64,000 bases of DNA from Oculina patagonica (Eukaryota): assembly GCF_052425735.1 (NCBI RefSeq), contig NC_135759.1:23808001-23872000 (forward strand), written 5' to 3'. The notes under the pieces were generated by a model that was not told the DNA's origin, searched no databases, and saw only the letters and a list, made by a program, of their open reading frames with translations. Of the stretch, positions 50,501-59,300 are shown one piece after another. Each line of letters opens with the position of its first letter. The first letter of the stretch is position 1. The position numbers were made by a program, and so were the translations under genes.

Positions 50501-52656
50501 AGTGTTCCAACAATTGTGGCGTAGATTGTTGCTTGGTCAAAATTAACTCCTTGTTCATTGCAATCGATAGTTCGCTGCTAAAAAGTTAGCAGTCCATACG
50601 TGTTGCAAACTTTATCATGTCTATAAGTATTCGCTTGTTCAAGCAAACGTTCACGGCCTCTCGTCTAAAAACTTAACTGTGCACTGTACACTGGAACAAG
50701 ACTAAACTAATAAAAAGACCGTATTCGCTTTTTGAAACTAAAGTTGAGTTCTGCAAGCTGTAATACTGTTAGTAGAAAACGACCTCTTTAGTGCCCCTAC
50801 ACGTAAGCAGAGACGTAATCCGTTATTGTTTTTGGTGAGTGAGCTTGGTATCCTTAAGGCCCTGTCTAACTTTGCTTTTATTAATGGGAGGATACGATGT
50901 TTTGAAGTATTTTCACTTATAAAAAAAACTCCTCAAGTGTCCGTTAACGATTTCAAAGTGTCCGTTGTCCGTCTTAGAGAGGTGTCCGTCTTATAGGGAA
51001 TTTCGTTACAGTAAAATGACTGAAAAACGGTAGGGACTATAGCCAGGTGTCCGTGTAATGTAGGTGTCCGTTTTATTGAGGTGTCCGTGAAGAGAGAGTT
51101 TACTGTTCATCGAACCTAAATACACGACCACTATAAACAACATTTAATACTTTTTTTACATTTTACATTAGCGTATAATTTAGCGTATTATTAATTAGCA
51201 TTTGATGTGTTCAGGTTGATCAATTTTTATCCAATCTTTGTTCTTTCCCTTCACAATGTCAAATACCTTTATTCTCTGTCTTCCCTCCAAATGAAATCTG
51301 AAGTTCCTTGGAAGCTTCTGAGAATGTTTCGGGGAATTCCCCAGGCAACCACTCCTTGCCTCGTTCCAAAACACAAACTTTCTGTCCTGCTCTGGCACAG
51401 CGACTGGCAGCAATGGAACCCCCGTACCCAGATCCCACGATCACTACATCATAGTGAGGCTTGATTTCGGATGGCGGAGAGGATAAGCGAGGAAACTGTG
51501 GCGGTTGCTGTTAAGAAAATTGTTGGTCAGTAGGTCATGATAAAATGCAGGCCTAAGGTTATTTTTGTTAATTGAGAAAAAAAACAGTAAGGATTTAAAA
51601 GCAGTTATAATCAGTTGTCTGTTATCCGGCTAATGAAGGAGAAAAATTTGTTATCTTTACGATCAAATAAGCAGAATAATTTTAATAAGTGGTTCAGTAC
51701 AGGAAATAAATTATGCATTGTTATTCTTTCTTTTCATTGAAATATTTGTTTTTCTTTAAATCACAGTAACACAAGCTCAGGCTAATTTAGGTTCAAATCT
51801 TCTGAGCACTTGAAAAAAATAAGATTGACCATTTTTCTAAAACTTTAACGCCTTTAACAAAAAAAAAGGTATTCGCCCAAGTGTACCGAGGATAAAAAAA
51901 AGTTTCATTCCGCAGTCACAACTCTTTACTGTAATTTTAACTGGCACCGATTGATTTTATGCAGCTAAGTTGTCAGAAATGGCTTTGCATTTGAATAAAA
52001 CACCATGAAAACTACAATAATTTTATGCTCAGAAATAAACATGTGGCGTGACTGTTGTCTGGCTATCTCGGTTTTGTATGAAATTAATTTTTCTCCAAAG
52101 ATCTGTAAACCGAGACTTGAAATCGAAGTTCATTGTCTCCCAACATTTTTAAAAAGCCTTTTCTATATAAAAAAGTTAAATGTGACCGAATTTGTACAAG
52201 TATAAAATTTATATATCGCCACTTTCGTGACTGCCTTGGGCAATTGATTGACGTTCATAACTAAATCAAACGATGTTTTGAAAAAAACCGGGTCTACTTA
52301 CACACTGCACTGAATTCGGTTTTAACAAATCACAACAGATAAAAGCCCTTACTGCGTGCAAAAAGGATTTTAAAAACGCCGAAATAAATAGATAATCTCG
52401 GAAAATCCTTGTTTAATATTATTATCATATTAACAACATAAAAACTCATTTTATTTAGTTTGCAACATTTTTTAACCGGACCAAAAGGATGGGCCTTGAA
52501 TCAGATCTCAGGCAATTGGAATAGGTATCGAGTAGTGTGATAGATAAAATTTGAAGTAGAAGTCAACATGATCGATGGTAGTTAATTGGTTTAGAAGCAA
52601 TGCAGTCTTACCTCTGCAAAGGGATTTTTGGAATGTGAAGACGCCGAGGTTCCCAT
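32503..52656 (-). CDS. Copy B (complete, 19 coding exons, ~1654 aa): GMC cholesterol-oxidase-like domain + linker domain + alpha/beta hydrolase + LpxH-like metallophosphoesterase
   Basis: Exons: 52612-52656, 51267-51507, 49405-49895, 48507-49031, 47982-48303, 47650-47820, 45958-46188, 45013-45488, 44237-44373, 42767-42902, 42071-42387, 41085-41341, 40362-40625, 39776-39974, 38293-38473, 37321-37773, 34674-34910, 32792-32980, 32503-32595. All are GT-AG with matching phases; the total of 4965 nt ends in TAA. Motifs: GSGYGG, CTACGNCIGGC, VHPLGGC, GINP, VAHCIGS, YSHMD, SDLHLD, LGDVFE, RGDHD, AHGHDWD, LGHTH, NTGSW. Confidence 0.88.
33133..33262. other. Assembly gap (130 N) inside intron 17 of copy B
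   Basis: Run of N. Confidence 1.
33263..33690 (+). mobile_element. piggyBac-like left end with a decayed transposase N-terminus
   Basis: Starts accttgggctcc, followed by the palindrome cgggtcgtatacgacccg and ATG MAEPTFTTDEVIEQV leading to an acidic stretch. The TSD is hidden by the gap. Confidence 0.4.
34982..36343. mobile_element. Non-autonomous Mutator (MULE)-type element
   Basis: Perfect 9-bp TSD CATTAACGT (34973-34981 and 36344-36352); TIR GACACCGCGGCAGAAC / GTTCTGCCGCGGTGTC. Confidence 0.8.
36733..37219. mobile_element. MITE-like element, family of 10373..10998
   Basis: ggttttca / tgaaaaccg termini and shared internal sequence. Confidence 0.5.
38610..38898. mobile_element. MITE (Harbinger/Tourist-like)
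   Basis: tta+gagcagttttcaattgagt ... actcaagtgaaaaccgctc+taa, with internal inverted aaaccaaaaccaa/ttggttttggttt. Confidence 0.7.
38924..39175 (+). mobile_element. tRNA-derived SINE
   Basis: A-box-like tgccgagtggtt and B-box-like ggttcaag, a second gagttcaaatcc, and an AT-rich tail. Confidence 0.75.
39200..39740 (-). mobile_element. 3' end of a CR1/L2-type LINE with a (TTAC)n tail
   Basis: Minus-strand EAIKTWNSLPY and the gtaa repeats at ~39200-39230. Confidence 0.55.
40105..40170 (+). pseudogene. tRNA-like fragment (SINE-derived), truncated by a ~170-bp TIR element at 40171-40345
   Basis: gtagctcagtcggtagagcg...ggtcgtgggttcaaatc with no 3' acceptor strand, followed by gactacatgcttgtccagtttggaaa / tttccaaattggacagcatgtagtc. 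Confidence 0.5.
42950..43640 (-). mobile_element. Penelope-like element fragment (GIY-YIG endonuclease) with an inverted 5' piece
   Basis: GTVYQVQCEQCNKEYVGETSRLLETRMKEH ... KEAIEIKLRKPLLNRDNG. 43502-43531 is the reverse complement of 43610-43640. Absent in the copy A intron. Confidence 0.85.
42989..43030 (-). ncRNA. Minimal type I hammerhead ribozyme-like motif of the Penelope-like element
   Basis: Minus strand: gtga CTGATGA a gtctg gatgatat cagac GAAA tatt tcac (stem I gtga/tcac, stem II gtctg/cagac). Confidence 0.6.
43643..44080 (+). mobile_element. 3' part of a second Penelope-like element, with a hammerhead-like motif at 43981-44025
   Basis: NNHISKHHRLTNHKIDWDS ... LESWFTNLEQTPINR; tgact CTGAAGT t gaca..tgtc GAAAC gtc agtca. 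Confidence 0.7.
46669..47417. mobile_element. PIF/Harbinger-type non-autonomous element
   Basis: 3-bp TSD TTA; TIR GGGTGCGTTTCTTTGGGAAAA / TTTTCCCAAAGAAACGCACCC. The empty site (cagttaattttgtcac) is present in copy A at ~6956-6971. Confidence 0.85.
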
Positions 52657-53347
52657 CTCAAGGAACTACTACACTCCTACAAATGTCCACTTTTTCTACA
52701 CTTGCGGCTTCTGACGACTAAAAAACCAAAAAGTTATATTGTTGTGTACAAACACCCTTTCAAATCTAACACTGCAAAAGATGAATTGATTAACACATTG
52801 TTCATTTACTTGACAGATTACCTATAGGAACAACTTAAAGATCGATAAAGTAAATACTATTAAGTAATTATTTTGGGGTTTTACAATGAGCTTATGTTCT
52901 TATATTTTTAGGAGTCTTCAATCATATTTTGTTTGTGCCAATTAACAGGTTTCCCGAATTACTAAGTTGTGTCTTACAATTTTTATCAATTAAACTTGAA
53001 GCTCATACCCATTTCGATCCTTTGCCGTTGTTACGATTAAACGTTTTGGGTTAACGGTTTTCTTCTAATTTAAAAACTTTCCGTCTTAACTACTGACGTT
53101 CAATTCAAGCGGTTTGCAAGTACGGTAACCATATTTAAAAAATAAAATTTGTTTATAAAGAATAAGTTGCTTGGCAACAACCATCAAATCCTACAGGTTG
53201 TAGTCATGAAACACCAGCAGGAAGCTGATAAATAAGCCACCTTCAACTACCCATCATGGCCGCCCCAACACGATAAAACAGATCAACCGAGTAAAATTTG
53301 AACATCGCAAGAGCAAAAAAATAATGTGATAGAAGGACTTTCCGCTG
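52657..53347. promoter_or_regulatory. Short divergent intergenic region / probable bidirectional promoter
   Basis: Only 691 bp separate the opposite-facing ATGs at 52656 (-) and 53348 (+). Confidence 0.5.
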
Positions 53348-56300
53348 ATGGCTAAGTCCCCGGGAAACTTGGAGTCGGGACTTACCCGATTTTTAAACAC
53401 CCTCTACGCGTGTTTTCGTTTTATGTCAAGATTTCTTGTGTGTTGCCAGTTCTGCGAATGTCCGACACATCAAAGAAAGTGTAAAAAGAAGGTTAATGGA
53501 GAACAAGGCAATGACTCACAAACGAAGAACTGTGAAAGGAGTGGTATCTCAAGTGCAGTATTTAGCTTTCCAAAGCGTTATATTTTGGTGATAATGACTT
53601 TTCTTGGTTTTATGAACATGTATGCGTTGCGTGTTAATTTGAATGTCGCTATAGGCGCAATGGTTAATAATCACACTGTTCACCAGAAAGGATACACTAT
53701 CACGCGGGTAAGTATTTACGGAATTGAAGTTTTATTTTATTTTATTTAATTGCTCTAGAACTACGTTATGAACTCGCAATGAGGTGTATTTTACCTTAAA
53801 TTTGACTCTTTATTTTTAGTTAATGAAAGATTTATGTGCTGCATTGGCAATTGTTTTCGGTTGTAAAACAGGTCTTCAATCAAAAGTAAATAGTCGCTTT
53901 ATGTGTTTCTGTGTAACTATGATTGACAACATACAATGCCCCGATATAAATCTAAATCTGATATCGTTTTATGACCTCTTATGTTTCACGTCAGCACCTG
54001 ATGATCCCAAGAACATTGAACAACTCATCGAACAATTTTCGTTGATTTTTAATGACTATTTATTTAATGATCGTTTTGACAGTAGATATAAAGTGGGGAT
54101 TCACCAACGGGAGGGCCGGGGAGGAATGACGTCACAATAGCCGGGAGGAATGACGTCACAATAACCCCCGCATCACAATAGCCGGGAGGAATGACGTAAC
54201 AATAACCCCCCGGGTTGACATCCTCAAAAAATGATGACATCATCTAAAAATACTATACACCCCCACAATCACCGGTTTAGGTGGTGGAATCTCCTCATAG
54301 TTCTAAAAATAGATCGGATGATGTAATTAGATATTTTTAGAACATAACATCATGCAATGTTCCCTCTCCCCCCTGCATTCTGGTTTATTGTCAAAATATA
54401 GATATAAATATTTTGAAAATTATATTTTAGTAAATAATATTTTGATATACGTTAAAGAATCTACATTCAGAAGTCTTTTCAGAGGTAAAATTATCGGTAA
54501 TTTAAGATTTACGGAGCAGCCGACCGAAAAGTCATGGGAGCAATTATTTCTCGTTTCCATTCTAACTCGGGCAATAGTTCGAATATAATGTATGCAGGTT
54601 GGCGCAATGTTTTGCTGTGAAAGACCATTGTCACATTTTCATAGTCCCGGCATATTTGGATCATCTTGGTAAGTTTTTGCTTCTAGTCCAAACTAGAATT
54701 AAATAACTTCGTGAACCTCAATCAACTAACGCCAAGATTTATCGCACGCGAATTCGCATCAACTTGAACTAGTATAGTTTACGAAATCAACATTTCACTG
54801 GCACTTTTTTGTTTAACGAAATTACCTTTGTAAAGTTCAGTGATGTCATAGTTTAATTTTCTACTTCATGGCGGTAGCGGTTTTCAGCATTTCAAAGTAC
54901 AGGCATAAGTACCGATTCATTTCGGTCAAAGTTTTTAGCTTTGTAATTATGCAAGTTGTCTTGTCGCATACATTTAGTACTGCTAACATACCGGTAATTG
55001 TTTTTAAAACAATGGTAAAGACTCGATGTGCTCTAGTGAACAAAGCATGACCAATCGAAAAGTTAAAACAATAGAGTGAACGCGCTTCAGTGACCTCGGA
55101 TATAAACAACGATTTCGAACCGCTTATGATAGAAAAATATCGGTAATGAGTTTAAAAAAAAAAATCATACACTAAACACACAGATTGTAAGTAAGATAAA
55201 CTTTTATTTCGATCGTTCAACATGGCATTACAATGATTTAATTTAATAATCCTCTTCTTGTCCTTTGGAAGATTTGTAAGGTGAGTTTTTATGTATTCGC
55301 CGGGAGCGTCTTGAAGGCCTTTTCGGTTCATCATCCCAGTAATTTACGAATCGGATTTGAGGTCGTTTCCGCTTTTTAGGCGGAGATAATGATTCCACCG
55401 TGGGAGGAGGGGTCAAGATCGATGGAGGAGGGGAGGGAGGTAAGGGAGTGGAAGTTGCCATGGAAGTAATTACTTGTTGGTTTGGTGTTTGAACAGGAGC
55501 TGCTGGTATTGTTACCGGTGATTCTTGAAGGGGGGTTGGCACTGTTGGTAAGTTGCCTGCGGTAGCTATTTGTTTCTGCTCTTCGGTTGCTTCTGGTATA
55601 GAATTGAGCTGGTGTTTGTATGTCAAAAACCTGTTTTGCAGCTGTATGTATTGCCTTGCTTTTTCGTCTTCTGCAAGGTCTCCACGAGAGAGAAAGCCAT
55701 CCATATTGTTCTGCAAGCGTTGCATTTCCGAAATTACCGGGGGAATCATCAAGTTTTGCTGCTTAAGATATTGCACTAGTTCCTTAGAAACGTTGCCTTC
55801 TACTTGGTCTTTTTCGAATCGTTCTTCACCAGGTAATACGTTCGTTCGCAATCTGCAACTGTCCTGAGTGGTTGGTTTAAGATCAACAAACAGATAACCA
55901 AATGGTCTCTGTACCGCGTCTTCGTACTGTTTCATAAACCAAGCAGTTTGTCCAGGATACATTTGTTTTGCTAGTGTCAAAATCTGCAGTTTGTCGCGGG
56001 GGTTTTTGAAAAGTACCAAGTAATGGCTGTTTAAGCTGATGCTTCGATTGCCTTTGCCTTGATGGAAGAGGTTTTGCACAATGTAAATGACACTCAAGTT
56101 GCGATGATGCGATCCTTTAGTAAACAGGTTCACGACTCGGTTATCACTTCCGGCTTCGATCATTTGGTCGTCGATGACAATCAAGTTTCGTTTATTAACA
56201 TCAAAGTAAAAATCTTGTTCTAAGGTCTCAGGGAACCCTACCCTCGTCTCACACTCGCTAGCCTTCAAGAGCCACCTAGGGGGTGGTGTGTTGTGAGCCT

Positions 56301-59300
56301 GTTGCAACAAAGATTAACCCAGAGCGTCTTGCCCACCTGTCATCCCGCCACCAACAGGTGGTGCCCCAAGAACCGCGACACTTTCTTGAGAAATCGACAC
56401 AATGGAAAAACCGGAAGTACTATGTTTACTGCTCATGTGTTTTGCATGCTATCTTTCCTTGAAAAATCCTTTGACAAATAGGACAGGACCAACTCATGTC
56501 AACTCTCTCACAACTCAACGAGAACTGAATTTCTTGCATTTTCACAATTATATAGACCTCGCCCATTACATTTCTATTTTTAACTTCACCACCACCACCA
56601 AAATTCTATTGTTTAAGTCCACCACCACCACCACCACCACAATTCTATTTTTATCTCCACCACCACCACCACCACCACCACAATTTATTTTTAACTCCAC
56701 CACCACCAAACTTCTATTGTTTAAGTCCACCACCACCACCACCACCACCACCACAATTCTATTTTATCTCCACCACCCCCCCCTTTTCTCCCCCCCCACC
56801 CACCACCACTTTACTCCACCACCACCACCAACACCACCACAATTTATGTTTAACTCCACCACCACCAAAATTATTTTCTCCACCACCACCACCACCACAT
56901 TTTATTTTTAACTCCACCACCACCCCCCCCCACCAAGTTTTAAAACCTACACTTTAGTATCTACTTCCTTCTCATCAACGCCAGTTTCTTCTTAAGACAG
57001 CCACCCAACAGATCACGAAGTTCGTTTCAAGGAAAAACCAAGAGAAGATAAACGTAAGTGATACCCTAAAAGGATGCTCTAGTCAACCTCGTTGAACCAA
57101 ATGTTCCCTTCAAGACAAAACGTCTTGTACAAGAGGGTGGATTATCAAGAATTATTACCCCTTTATAAGTAGTTTGGGACTTCTTATGTTATAAGAGCAT
57201 AGCTGCATCTTAAAATTGATCATTTATATCTTGCTTTTAACGAGTGCTGGTCAATATGAAGAGAAAGATAGACTGGGAGATGAAGAGGAGGAAAGCGGAC
57301 AAGAAGATAGCACAACTCTGATGACGACGAGAGCGATGACGAGGAACCTCGGATAAAAGATTTTTAAATAATCTTTCCCAAGCTGTGTCTAGAAAGTATG
57401 CTTCTGAACTGCTGCATAGCATGGCCACCTCCAAAGATATCTTGTTTTGGACACCACGCGGACAAATACTCCGAAATCAACGCATAATACCAGTAACAAA
57501 CATTCAGAACTGGTCGAGTATGTGCTACTTCCACGTAACGATGATGTAGCTAAACCCCGCGCACTCAATACCTTTTCAGAGGGACTGGCGGAGCTGGGAG
57601 TTAATAAGCGTTTGATAAAGAATAAGAAAGTTCTAAGCGATATATTACAAAAAGAACAAGCCTATCGTGATAAAGAGGAAGAGGCTGACGACGGTAACTC
57701 GACTGACAGTAACGAAGAGGAGGGAACAGCTTCTGAGGAGGGTAGTGGAGGAGGAACCTCAGGGAGCGAGAGCGATAGTGATAAAGAAGCCGAGAATAGC
57801 GATTTCGAATTATCAGACAAAAGCTAGTTCTTCATTGAACACTGCGAGGGTTCCAATGTATATGATACTGCGATCATGAAATGCCCGAAGTGCTTTTGGA
57901 AGATAACTGTAAAATGTGTCCTATATGTGAGCACGAAATCCCTCTTGACCGAAAGCAGGAAAGGATATTTCGTCGATGTTAGATTGCGGAGCTATAACAC
58001 ACAAGAAGTAAGTCATCAAAATCCACATTTTATCCCCCAAGAATGAGGAGGAAAGACGATTAATTAAATCATTTAATGCCATTTGAACGATCGAAATAAA
58101 ATTTATCTTACTTACAATCTTGTTTTAGTTATATTTTTTTTAAACTCATTACCGATATTTTTCTATCATAAGCGCGATGTTTTTATATCCGAGGTCATGA
58201 AGCGCGCACTTATTTTTTTTTTCGATTGTATGCTTTGTTCACTAGAGCACACGAGTCTTTACCATTGTTTTAAAAACAATTACCGGTATGTTAGCAGTAC
58301 TAAATTATGCGACAAGACAACTTGCATAATTACAAAGCTAAAAACTTTGACCGAAATGAATCGGTACTTATGCCTGTACTTTGAAATGCTGAAAACCGCT
58401 ACCGCCATGAAGTAGAAAATTAAACTATGACATCACTGAACTTTACAAAGGTAATTTCGTTAAACAAAAAAGTGCCAGTGAAATTTGATTTCTAAACTAA
58501 TTACTAGTTAAGTTGATCGAAGCGTCGATAAATCTTGGCGTTAGTTGATTGAGGTTCACGAAGTTATTTAATTTAGTTTGGACTAGAAGCAAAAACTTAC
58601 CAGAGATGATCCAAATATGCCGGGACTATGAAAATGTGACAATGGTCTTTCACAGCAAAACATTGCGCCAACCTGCATACATTATATTCGAACTATTGCC
58701 CGAGTTAGAATGGAAACGAGAAATAATTGCTCCCATGACTTTTCGGTCGGCTGCTCCGTAAATCTTAAATTACCGATAATTTTACCTCTGAAAAGACTTC
58801 TGAATGTAGATTCTTTAACGTATATCAAAATATTATTTACTAAAATCATAATTTTTGCAAAATATTTATATCTACTAATTTTTGACAATAAACCAGAATG
58901 CAGGGGGAGAGGGAACATTGCATGATGTTATGTTCTAAAAATATCTAATTACATCATCCGATCTATTTTTAGAACTATGAGGAGATTCCACCACCTAAAC
59001 CGGTGATTGTGGGGGTGTATAGTATTTTTAGATGATGTCATCATTTTTTGAGGATGTCAACCCAGGGGGTTATTGTTACGTCATTCCTCCCGGCTATTGT
59101 GATGCGGGGGTTATTGTGACGTCATTCCTCCCGGCTATTGTGACGTCATTCCTCCCCGGCCCTCCCGTTGGTGAATCCCCACTTTATATCTACTTTTGAC
59201 ATGCTTTCACCGACTCCAAAGGTCCAGCTGCGACACTCTATGACACAGAGATTTTTGTAAACTGCTTGCTACCGGCTGTTTGTAAATGAAAACAGCGATT

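Larger units (their letters stand above)
54081..59194. mobile_element. Internally deleted Polinton/Maverick (5.1 kb) in SLC17 intron 1
   Basis: 6-bp TSD TTTGAC (54075-54080 and 59195-59200); termini AGTAGATATA...TATATCTACT; TIRs of ~1.15 kb (54081-~55243 and ~58059-59194); packaging ATPase remnant inside. Confidence 0.9.

Noticed and set aside
703-52656. Bacterial contamination as the source of the cholesterol-oxidase-like sequence
   Set aside because: The gene has 18 spliceosomal introns filled with eukaryotic transposons and is linked to an intron-containing SLC17 gene.
56402-56911. Thr/Pro-rich 169-aa ORF resembling a mucin or extensin
   Set aside because: It derives from the (CCA)n low-complexity tract inside the Polinton.
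54352-58918. Duplicated small ORFs (54352/58682, 54861/58083)
   Set aside because: They are chance ORFs mirrored by the TIRs.
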